Shown: piece after piece, positions 52,877 to 64,000 of the stretch | How positions within the stretch are numbered: the stretch's first letter is position 1 | Layout of the letters: each line of letters opens with the position of its first letter | Assembly (NCBI RefSeq): GCF_006345805.1 | Contig: NC_043011.1 | Location: forward strand, 8,804,001-8,868,000 | DNA from: Octopus sinensis | Taxonomy: Eukaryota | Length of the DNA: 64,000 nt | Reading direction: 5' to 3' | Notes under the pieces: model-generated | Told to the model about the DNA's origin: nothing | Database searches by the model: none | The model's input: the letters and a program-made list of their open reading frames with translations, nothing else | Program-made: the position numbers and the translations under genes

Positions 52877-53312
52877 ATATGCATATTAACATATATATGT
52901 ATAGATATGTGTACATATATATTTCATATAATCGTCTTTGAGGTCACACACCATATACCTGCATATATATAGACACGCACACGTAATTCTGTTGAAAGCT
53001 ACCGCTTATATTTTCAGAACGGAGGTAAACAATAAATAAATGATTATATGAAGACATAAATATATAAATAAGTTCAGTGAATAGAGTTTGATTGTGTTTG
53101 ACAGGAAGTGGGTAAATAGTTGTTTAGAATTAAGGATCGGAAACATTACGATCTCTAACCGGAAGTACAGAGTTCCAATATAAAGGCGTCCCAACAGTAA
53201 TGAAGAAGGAAAATGGTGGCCACATATACAAACAAACAAAATATACAAAAAGCAACGACTGAAAACACAAAATAGCAGTAAAGAAACGACTACACTAGTG
53301 ACAAGTTCGACA

Positions 53313-53382
<70 letters not shown>

Positions 53383-53671
53383 TCTTCCCTTTTTTTATTG
53401 CCAGAAGGTCGACATATATCAACAGATGTTTCACAGACAGTAACGCCGTGTAAGATTTGCGTAGAACGGCTGAGGCCAAGGTTGTGAAGAGAACGTTGCC
53501 CACGGGAGATAAATCACTGACTTCTCACTTTGACAATCACAAAAATGGCGGGGAGATGTGTTTCAATGACGATTTTGTAGACGAGTAAAGCGGACGCTCA
53601 TCAAACCGTGAAAAGGTGTTACGCTTGATTTTTATTACATTTATGGAGAGACAGCCAATTAGACATACAGG

Positions 53672-53768
<97 letters not shown>

Positions 53769-53894
53769 GTGTTTGTAGTTCATTTCTATTGCAAGAACAC
53801 TCATATAAACGGACAAAGAGACAGAGACAAACCCCATGAGACAGACAAACAGACAGGTGGTTAAATAGACAGAAAACTGGTGGATATACATATA

Positions 53895-55183
53895 TCGGGT
53901 TGGCAACTAAGTTCCCGCCGTTTTTTTTTTAATTCAAAAATTTTTTTAAAGGTTTAATAAAAAAAGTAACAACTAATTAATCAATAATGTATTCACCCTT
54001 GTTGTTTACACTTTCTTCCCAACGTTCAACAAGATTTTCAATACCTCGATGGTAGAAATTAACCGATTTCGACTCGAAAAATTAATCCAACCAAGCTCTC
54101 AATTCGGCATCAGTACTGAACGAAACTCCGCGCATAGCATCTGAAAGAGATCAAAAGAGGTGGAAATCCGTTGGTGCCAAATCAAAAGAGTACGGCGGGT
54201 GTAGCAGCACTTCCCAGCTATGCGTTTGAATGGCTTCCTTGGTCATATTGGCGATATGAGGACGGGCGTTGTGAGGCAGAAGAACTCCATGCTGACGATT
54301 AGCTACTTTCTCTTGAATAGCCGTGTTGAGTCGTTCCATCTGTTGTACGGAACCAAATGCATTAACCGTTTGATTCCGTTCAAGCAATTCGTAATGGATA
54401 ATCCCTTCCCGGTTCCACCACATCATTTTACGCAGATGAAGATCTTGTTTCCGCGGTGTCGCTTGTTTACTGGGGCTAAGCCATACCTTACGCTGCTTCA
54501 TATTGATATACAGACACCATTTTTCGTCGCCAGTAACGATTCGATAAAGAAATCGTTGCTTGTGTCCATGAGTTGAGCGATGACGAGCAAGCAACCCAGC
54601 GAAGATTGTGGCTCGTTGATTTTTGCTGTTGTCACTTAAAACATGCGGAACCCATGCTCCAAACTTCTGAACCTTTCCCATCGAGTAAAGATGCTTCTCT
54701 ATAGCAGTGTGGCAGCATTCCATTTCTCTGCCAGTTCCCCTGTCGTTTGACGCGAATTTTCGTGCAAAATTTGCTGTAATCGCTCTTCATCGAACTCAAC
54801 TGGACAGCCAGAACAACGTGCACCTTTGCGGTCAAAATTTCCATTTTCGAACTTGGCATACCAATCACGAGCGGTTCTTTCAGCTATGGCACCCTCTCTA
54901 TACACGCACAAATGTCGGGAGCAGCTTTTACGGTCTTAGATCCTTGATTAAAAACAAAAAAAAAAGGAGGTGTCGAAAATGCTCGTTTTTCTTAACTTGA
55001 CATTCCATTTTAATGATCTGAAAATAAACAAAAATTAACTAAAATTAACTAGAAAAAAACAAAACGAAATAGATTCCAAAATGATTCAAAAATAGAATTC
55101 TCGAAAAAAATAGATTCCAAACTTTTAAAACGCAATAAATTCCAAAATTTTAAAAAACGGTGGGAACTTAGTTGCCAACCCAA
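53895..55183 (-). mobile_element. Full-length (~1.29 kb) inactive mariner element with TIRs
   Basis: TIRs GGGTTGGCAACTAAGTTCCC(G/A)CCGTTTTTT; WVPH, VTGDEKW, HNARPH and HPPYSFDLAPTDFHLF motifs; frameshifts. Confidence 0.92.
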
Positions 55184-55399
55184 AAATGGTGGCCACATAT
55201 ACAAAAATGTTTGTGTCTGCATGTATAAGTTCATAAGGTACGTGCAGAGTTGCAATATGCATATTTATATTGGTGTATTTCTGTTGTTACACGCACGCAC
55301 ACACGCCACACACACACCACACACACACACACATTTACGCACACACACATTTACGCACACATGCACATATTCGTACATGATGTATTGAAAAGACGGCTG

Positions 55400-55900
55400 T
55401 GAGAGTTATAAACTTCACGACTTCAACTGCTATATTGGTCATATAATTATAACAGTCTCTTGCCAGTTGTCAAGCAATCAAAACAGTGATTATTTGCAAC
55501 ACCTTTGGTATATATTTGATTAAGTCATTTTCCATACTGAGGCAACTCACTCTTTCCAAAACTTCTACCTCGGGTACAAATGATTTCCAGCTGAAGTTTT
55601 AAAACACCCCTAAAACACTTTCGGAGGAATCTTTCAAAAATGTTGATGTTTCGTTAATATGGCGTCCATGTCTAAGACATGTAAAGCAAGGATATGATGA
55701 CGCAAGCGCCACGAATGCAAAGCTTAGGAGAAAGCTTCAAGTCCGTATATGACCAAACTCTCTCAAGTATTCCCAATGCATCTGAAGCCTTCTCAATCCC
55801 AAAGTTTCTCTCGAAAATCTAGGGATCCGCCTCTTGAAATAGAGCAGCCGAGGTTATTAAAAGAGCCTTTTACACCAAATCTGCTCCCTTAAATAAGAAT
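55400..55900 (-). mobile_element. RTE-like LINE RT remnant
   Basis: LGCSISRGGSLD..IEKASDA.G.LERVW..ACVIISLLY.S*TWT..FERF resembles the region downstream of the RTE RT core. Confidence 0.65.
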
Positions 55901-56019
55901 ATTTGGGTTTCATATACTTCGCCATGGAAGGTTAGTGCGCTAGACTCGTAACAGTAAGATTATAGTTTCGTATGATTATAGTTCCGCTACTTAATGGCTA
56001 AACATGGCATATCTGCATG

Positions 56020-56051
<32 letters not shown>

Positions 56052-56055
56052 CGCG

Positions 56056-56159
<104 letters not shown>

Positions 56160-56461
56160 CATATATATAAAGTGAGATAGGGGTTATGAGTGTGAATTGG
56201 TAATATGTTAGTCGATGATTGAAAGGAATCTGTTCCTCCATTTTCTTGTTAGCCCCTACACGCATTTTTTTCTCTCCTTGTTTCTCTCCTTGTTTCTTTT
56301 CTGTGTATCTTTCTGTCGAAGAGCGTAGGCTCGAAACGTAAAAGACTTTTCTATTTCTATTCCTGAGCGCCATACTAATACATTGTTTGTTTGTACTCCA
56401 CCTGCCTTCGTCTTTTGTTTATTTTCGTAAACCTTCCCGTTTTATATATGTGTGTGTGTGT

Positions 56462-56497
<36 letters not shown>

Positions 56498-56634
56498 TTA
56501 TTTATGCATGTAAAAATATATGCGTATATGTATATAAGCATGCATACATAAATTCATACGTAACACAGATGTATACACACTAATACATACTGACATACAT
56601 GCATATTTATAAGTGTACGTGTGCGTGTGCGTAT

Positions 56635-56669
<35 letters not shown>

Positions 56670-56872
56670 CCACACACATACACATATATGTGTGAGTGTG
56701 AGTATGCATATATATGTATGTGCGTGTATGTATATTTATATATAGATATATATATATATAAATCGCTACTACCACAGGGCTGAAACATATAAAAGAATAA
56801 GAGAATAAAAGAATATATATATATATATATATATTATATGTGTGTGTACGTGTGTGTATATATATATATTTA

Positions 56873-56927
<55 letters not shown>

Positions 56928-57453
56928 AAACATTTCTACATCAGTCAGAAGTAGGTTTGTCAACACCAAATTGAAGTGAAGAAGTTGTCAAAATTCCGCC
57001 GTAACAAGAATGGTTGTCATGGAAGTGGAGGGGTGGTCAAGGGTGGTGTCAGGGCTGGAAGAGAGTTGCAGTGGGGGAGAAGGGTGGTGTGTAGAGGTTG
57101 GTGGGAGGAAAAGTGACTCTACTCTGGTATTTACAATGGCAGCAGCAGAAACCATGATTCTTCAGAGCCAAAAACAGTGTAAACCAGAAAGGATTTTCTC
57201 TCTCTCTCTTTCTTTCCCACCTTTTCTTGTGTGTGTAATAAACTAAAAGAAGCAGATCAAAGGGTCCAGGAAGATGTATGGCAGAGGAAGGTATTGTGAG
57301 AGGAGGGTTCGAAAGTTGAGAGAGGGAGAGGAGGAAGTAGAGAAATTGAATATTAAAGAATGAGACGAAAGAAAGAGAAGAAAAAGTAGCAAAGTCTGGA
57401 GGGAGATGGAGGGAGTGTGTGTGTCTGTCTGTGTGTGTGTGTGTTGTGTGTGT

Positions 57454-57502
<49 letters not shown>

Positions 57503-57582
57503 TAAGTATAGAAAATTGAGAACAAATAATATAATCGATACTCAAGCAACTTTCATTTCTACACCCATTTCTCCAATACGGT

Positions 57583-57614
<32 letters not shown>

Positions 57615-58000
57615 CGTGTGTTAAGTTATTGTCAAGTCATCGAATCCATAGGATCTCTTGAAAAAGATTACACGAGTAACATGTGGTCGCTGAGATTGCT
57701 TGAAATAGAAGTCAAAATCCACCACAGAACGTGCATTACAGTCTCTGAAATAACAATTAGAAAGATACATTAAAATGTAGCTCTAGATGTTCTATAATTA
57801 GAAATTAGATGGGTAGTCACACCTGGAATGTCAATAGCTATTGACTTGCTGAATCAGAGCCAACCTGTGGCTAAACGACGACACCAACCGGGAATTCCTC
57901 TGCCACAATTTCAATACAAGAAGGAGTCGAAAGTTTTGCAATATTTTGGTAACTTTATTCGTCAAGTCACAACAAAAGCAGCGCAGCACTCAAAGGACAT

Positions 58001-58192
58001 CGTGTTGCACCGTGTTGCACCGCGTTGCACCGCGTTGCACCACGTTGTACCGTGTTGCACCATGTTGCACATCGTTGCACCATGTTGCATCGCGTTGACC
58101 ATGTTGCACCGTGTTGTACCATATTGTATCGTGTTGCATCATGTTGTACCATGTTGCACCATGTTGCACCGTATTGCATCGTGTTGCACCGT
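58001..58192. repeat. 10-bp tandem repeat (CRTGTTGCAC) x ~19
   Basis: Direct inspection. Confidence 0.92.
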
Positions 58193-58199
58193 CTGCAGC

Positions 58200-59150
58200 C
58201 ATTTTTTGCCAGTTCTTTGATGCCACGCTTCGAAGTGAAGAACTCCTTCATTGAAGCTTCCAACTTCTTTTGGTTGATGAAGTGTCGTGAGCGCTGGAAG
58301 TGGGGCATGTATTGGACCAAGTAATAATCCGAGGGAGATAGGTCCGGACTAGGTTTGGTTGTGGCATCAATTCCATTCCTTCAAGAGCGGAATAAAGTCT
58401 TGCGTTGCTGCAGAAGAGCTTGCTTCCTGTTAACCCCATATGTTTGCGGCACAATGGCATACATCATCTGCTCCAGTTGTTCAGTGTACAGGGTAGAATC
58501 GGTGGTTTGACCATCCGAAACAAACTCTTCGGGAATTATCCCCTCAAAATTCCACCAGATGCAGAGCATCATCTTGTGTTCGAAGCTCCCATGTTTGGCG
58601 ACAAGTTCCAGAAGCTGGCCCCTGCTTAACCCCTGCTTATCACGTTAGAGTTGCAGAAAAGTATTTACCTTTCATCGCATACTATTATCCTCCTGGTGAA
58701 ACGCAGTTCACATGGATTTTCCAGCAGTTCCTTACAAACATCCACTTGCCTCTCTGCTTAAGCTGGGGCCAATTCTTGAGGCTCACTTCTGTCTCTCCGG
58801 ATGTTTTTGCCGAAGCCATGAAAGTGACGACCCACACAAGACAGTGAGATGCCCTGCTCGCCTGATACTCTCTGAGTGCTACTCACCGGGTTTGCCTCCA
58901 TGGCTTACATCACGGCTCGGAATCCACGGTATTAGGACTACATGACCTTGCCTGATCGTCGAGGTTCTTGTAGCCTGAGCAAAATTTCTTGAACCACCTG
59001 GTTACTGTTCTGTGATCCTCTGCGCCTTCATTTGTCGCATAACAAATGGTTTTGGTTGCTTCCGCGGCGTTATAGCCCGGTTTGAACTCGTAAAACATAA
59101 GTTCCCAAATTAGTTCCTTACATACATCCACTTGCCTCTCTGCTTAATAT
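58200..59150 (-). mobile_element. Decayed mariner transposase remnant
   Basis: MFYEFKPGYNAAEATKTIC..TVTRWFKKF..LDDQARS and MMLCIWWNFEGII. Confidence 0.8.
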
Positions 59151-60106
59151 ATATGTCATTCATCTGTGTGGCATTCAAATCACAGAGTGAAGCCATGCAC
59201 AACGTGCCGGCGCACCAACTACCGCTATTCTACCAACCCCAGGGGCTACTTTCCACGGGCTGAACCACTTCGGTCACGTGATATACACGCCGCAAACTGG
59301 CGCGTCTGCAAATACTGCAAAACATTTGACTCGCCTTTGTAATGCCAACCAGAGAAGATGCCAACTTCAATTTGTGTGAAAGTGTTTGGTCTGGAATCTA
59401 TGGTATATTTCCTTACTTTCAGATATTTACTGTGCGCGCGTGTGTGCTTCTCTCTCTCTCTCTCTCTTTCTCTCTTTCTCTCTTTCTACACACACACACA
59501 CACACGTATATATATGTATATATGTATATGTATGTATGTGTGTATATATATATATAGGATACACACACACATACATATATACATATACATATACATATAC
59601 ATAGCAATAAAGATGAAACAAATACACATACACATACACACACACATGTATATACATATGTTTATATGTATATGTGTGTGTGTGTGTGCAGGGTGAGAGA
59701 GGGAAAAAGAAAAAGATATATAAGGGATTATTCTGGAAGAGACAGGAAACAGTTGCAAATTCCTTAAAAGACGCGTCTACGTCAGTTTCCATGGAACTCC
59801 TCTAATTTGTGATCATTTAAGAAGTAATAAATATTCCTCCAGTAAACGACATGGAGTACTCGACCAGCTAGAAATAGCAGCTGAATTGCCATCAATTGAT
59901 TTAAATAAACACGGATACATCGGACCTTGTGATTTAAATAGTTAAGTTCGTCACGGCCGGAACCCCTTTGATCAATGTCTATTCGATCAGGACATACCTT
60001 GGGCTAAACAAAAACAGCTGTTTGACAACCAGCCGGAAGATCCTCGGAATTGTCCATTGTTGGCTATATTAATGATAGAGAGCTTTGGAGTCAAAGGGTT
60101 GTTACA

Positions 60107-60138
<32 letters not shown>

Positions 60139-60195
60139 GCAACACACACACACACACACACACACACATACTCTACACAGATACTCATTTTATTA

Positions 60196-60526
60196 TATGG
60201 CTCAGTGGTTAGAGCGTCGAGCTTACGATCGTGAGGTTGTGAGTTCGAATCCCGGACCGGGCTGCGTGTTGTGTTCTTGAGCAAGACACTTTATTTCACG
60301 TTGCTCCAGTTCACTCAGCTGCAGAAATGTTGTTTCGACGACACTGGTGCCAAGCTGTATTGGCCCCCTTTGCTTTTCCCTTGGATAACATCAGTGGCGT
60401 GGAGAGGGGAAGCCGGTATGCATGGGTGATTGCTGGTTTTCCATAAATAACATTGCCCGGTCTTGCGCCTGGGAGGGTAACTTTCTAGGTGCAATCCCAC
60501 GGTCAGTCATGACCGAAGGGGGTCTC
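60196..60526 (+). mobile_element. SINE family D (tRNA-derived head); related copy on the - strand at about 4352-4632
   Basis: TGGCTCAGTGGTTAGAGC A box and GTTCGAATCCC B box, followed by a non-tRNA body shared with 4352-4632. Confidence 0.8.
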
Positions 60527-61506
60527 AGCATATATTCTTTTCTACTCAAGGCAAATGGCCCGAAAGTTTGGGGGATGGAGCCTGTCGATTAGATCGACCC
60601 TTGTACGCAACTGGCACTTAATTTATCGATCCCAAAAGGTAGAAAGGCAAAGTCGACCTTGAACACAGAATTTTATTCTATATACTGATGTTGTTATTGT
60701 TTAAGCTCAAGTCAGCCCCTGATCCGACACCAAAGGCGTTCTAGAATTGACCATTTGTTAGTTTCTTTTCTCGCTTTTTCGCTCATATAGAGTGTTTGTT
60801 GTTTAGCCCCAGGTCGGTTCTGATCCAGCAGACACTCATTAGTTTCTATTTCACTATTACTGAAGAGCATGGCTTAGTGGTTAGGGTGTTGGACTCATGG
60901 ATTATAAGATTGTGGTTTTGATTCCTGGACCGGGAAATGCGCAGTGTTCTTCAGCAAAACAGTCCTTTCGATGTTGATCCAGTCCACTCAGCTGGCTAAA
61001 ATGAGTTTATCCTACGACGAAACGGTATCCTGTCCATGTGGAGGGGTGCAATAAACACGCCAGAAAAAACCGGGTACCTGACCTTAAGATGATTCGGGAA
61101 GGATCCTTGATCTTTTGTTTTATTTTTGCTAAAGTCAATGATGGAGTATCTACGTGGTCGCCCAGCTTGTTAGAAATAACAATCATGTCTCCGTCAAATC
61201 ACATTCAGCAACTGGAACACTACGGATGGTTACGGCTGGAGCGCTTTCAATCAAAGGTCCGGGGGCAAAACAATTACAGCGATAACCAGACCTTTTCCTC
61301 ATCCACCGCACTTTCCCTCTCCCTCTCTTCTCTCACCCTGCCACCCCTCTGTTCCCATCTCAGTTGGACAATGAGTATCTTTGTGTCGTCTCGTTGCTGT
61401 CCTTTCACCAAAACAAGGGACTCAATGTAAAACACCTTCGACGAATTTGCCGTGAAAATACGACATGATGTGACACTAATGAAGATATTTTATTTCCGGT
61501 AAACAT

Positions 61507-61548
<42 letters not shown>

Positions 61549-61592
61549 TAATAATGATAATAATAATAATAATAATGATAATAATAATAATA

Positions 61593-61635
<43 letters not shown>

Positions 61636-61715
61636 TATTATTATTATATTTGCTTCAAACTATGATTACAAAAGCACTGGGGGATCTACATCGAAAGAAA
61701 AAACTATATATATAT

Positions 61716-61772
<57 letters not shown>

Positions 61773-62369
61773 ATATATGTATATATATATATGTATGTAT
61801 GTATATATATGTATATATATATATGTGTGTATATAGTATATATATATATGTATGTATGTATGTATGTGTACATGTCATTTGTATGTTTTAAAACAAAGAC
61901 AGACCCCGAGGGCAGACCGGGGGCAGATCATGGCAGCCCCATAAATGTCACCAAATGCTGTTCAACATTAATCTAAGGGCCTCCTCCCCTGCTAAATAAT
62001 AAAATATCACAGATGAGTGAGGCCGAAATATGTTTTGTTCAAATTAGGGCCATGCTGTGAACCTCTATTATTTACTAAATCAACATTATTGCCGTATATG
62101 TAGCTCATCCGGTCACGGCTAGGTGGCGCTGTAATCAACGGGTCATTAATAACACGATACTCTATTCATTAAGCCAACAATTAAGGTCCTGTGTCTCGTA
62201 AGAGAGATCTACTTTTCGCATAAAATGCAAGATATTTAGAATTGGGTGTGTGGGGGTATTTTGTAAATATCATCGAGTGTATGTATGTGTGTGTATGTGT
62301 GTGTCTGCGTTTCTGTGTGTGTATATATATATAAACGAACCTCCACCAACTATTCTGTCTATATATCTG

Positions 62370-62610
62370 TGCACACCTTTCAATGCCAGAAGGTTTGCAA
62401 ATCTTAACGGAGGCCTCAAAAGACATTTTAAGATCCACAAAGATCAGAACTTATCTGCAGCTCTTGGTGGTCCAAATCGGATATGCAATCTACGTGGGTG
62501 CCTTTCCAATACATTGTCTGGTTTAAAAAGCCACATCAAACGCCATGATGGACCTGAAGTGTAAATACAAGAGGCGGTCAGACTCTGCATGAGGAGTAGA
62601 CAACCACCAT
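62370..62610 (+). mobile_element. Probable LINE 3' fragment with degenerate C2H2-like motifs
   Basis: GGLKRHFKIH and LSGLKSHIKRH* are followed by a short UTR and microsatellite tail; the Cys pairs are eroded. Confidence 0.45.
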
Positions 62611-63449
62611 ATGCATATGTGTGTGTGTGTGAGTGTGTGTGGAAAAAAAGTCAAGGTAGAAAATGGTAAAATAATTTTATAAAAAACATTTCACTACCAG
62701 TTTCGGTCATTGAAACTTCAACTCTAAATATGGAAAACAATTAGATTCTGGAAAAATTAAATGAAAAGTATTTTAACAGAATATTTGCATAGTATTCAAA
62801 AACCAGGGGCATTTTCCTTGTTTCTGCCTGTCTCTGTCTCTCTTGTTTACTCTTATATGCATACTTATATACATACATGCATACATGTACAGACATATGC
62901 ATGTATATATTCATGTATGCATGTATGAATGTGGGTATGTTGTGAAACTAACAATTTATTAGTGCACTCCGGCACTTGAGTCCCTTCTCTGATTTTCTAC
63001 TGATTAAGAAATATATATACCCGTGTATATAAAAGGAAGAGGAAGTAGAGTAACGGTGGAGCGGTAGAGGAGGACCAAAGTTTTTAACAAGACTTCAGAA
63101 TTGAAGGCGGCAGAGCAAAGGATACATAGACAATGCCGTTGAGATTCACATAAACAAGATAGAAGAGAGGAAGAAGAGGAGAATGAAGAAGGCAATATAA
63201 GGGGTGGCTTGCAGGGCACTGAGATCGGTAAGGAATGGTTAGAAATGTAAAAGAAAAATTTGCTAATGTCCAGAGAAGACATCAGTATGAATGGACAATA
63301 ATGTATAATGTGTAATAGTCCGTGAGAAAATGTCACGGAGCGGGAATAGATCGGAGGGTGAGTGTGGTAAATAGAACAGCAAACAAGCTATTTTTTTTTT
63401 TTTTGTCTTCTACAACGTGAACATAAGTCATTCTGCACGCCAGAAGATA

Positions 63450-63900
63450 CCACCTTTATAAAGATGGAATGGGCGGCATTGACGTTTGTGTGGGTACCTC
63501 TGATGGAGCTGAAATCAGTGAAATAGACGGCTTGTTACTTCTCAATGAAATAGAAGTATTTATATATGACTTGTATAGGAATGATGTGTTTATGATATTG
63601 AATACTGCGATCAAGAGCATAACTGATACTTTACGAAATCAATAATTATACCACTCCATAATTCAATAATGTGATAGTCGAACCGATTGTTACAACGGTA
63701 AACTTTCTGGGCATCACACGTAATCTAAACTCAAAATTGCTGAAGTCCTTTAAGAGAGCAACTAGCAAATCCTTATACATCCATACGCAGTTGGACCACC
63801 CACCAAAAGTCCTAATAGGCATCAACGAGAGAACAAAGGCGTTCTCTTCGGACAAATCCACACTTAACAGAACCACGAAATAATAATGTATCGACGTATT
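63450..63900 (+). mobile_element. Penelope-like element RT remnant
   Basis: DVCVGTSDGAEISEIDG..LYRND and VNFLGIT.NL..LYIHTQLDHPP resemble the PLE motifs MGSYDGAE, YRDD, NFLD and SNHPP. Confidence 0.7.
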
Positions 63901-64000
63901 ATCATGTTGCTGATATCATAAAGGAATCGATTAGTCCTCACCATCAACTAGTAACCGCCCTAAAAGTACTGGGGAGAGAAATATAATATCATAATCTGCC

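Noticed and set aside
58001-58192. Possible CRISPR-like array
   Set aside because: Contiguous 10-mers with no spacers, in a eukaryotic context with no cas genes.
62250-62564. Host C2H2 zinc-finger gene
   Set aside because: Cys ligands are eroded, there are no TGEKP linkers, and it ends in a retroposon-like tail.

Overview
Repeat-rich eukaryotic (animal) genomic DNA. The SINE/LINE families and microsatellite load look like an octopod cephalopod; this is inferred from recall, not from a search. Two host genes lie on the - strand. MED9 is spliced (exon 1 9595-9656, exon 2 3500-3713, 91 aa). About 690 bp downstream of its stop is a single-ORF Gemin6 (2014-2808) carrying a long Thr/Ala/Ser loop insertion. 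The pair may share a transcript. At 20.8-34.2 kb is a tRNA-Asn(GTT)/tRNA-Phe(GAA) cluster with 6 intact genes and 3 damaged copies. It is built from a divergent Asn/Phe cassette repeated in alternating orientation, and contains a young 1.5-kb palindrome and a ~950-bp CCA/CCG expansion. The rest is decayed mobile DNA: Gypsy, CR1/L2-like, RTE, Tx1/L1-like, R4/Dong-like, Penelope-like, mariner, pogo-like, foldback and Helitron-like elements plus several SINE families, with microsatellites and one 100-N gap. A complete minimal type I hammerhead ribozyme motif is at 43172-43233. Most ORFs in the supplied track are microsatellite or SINE artefacts.
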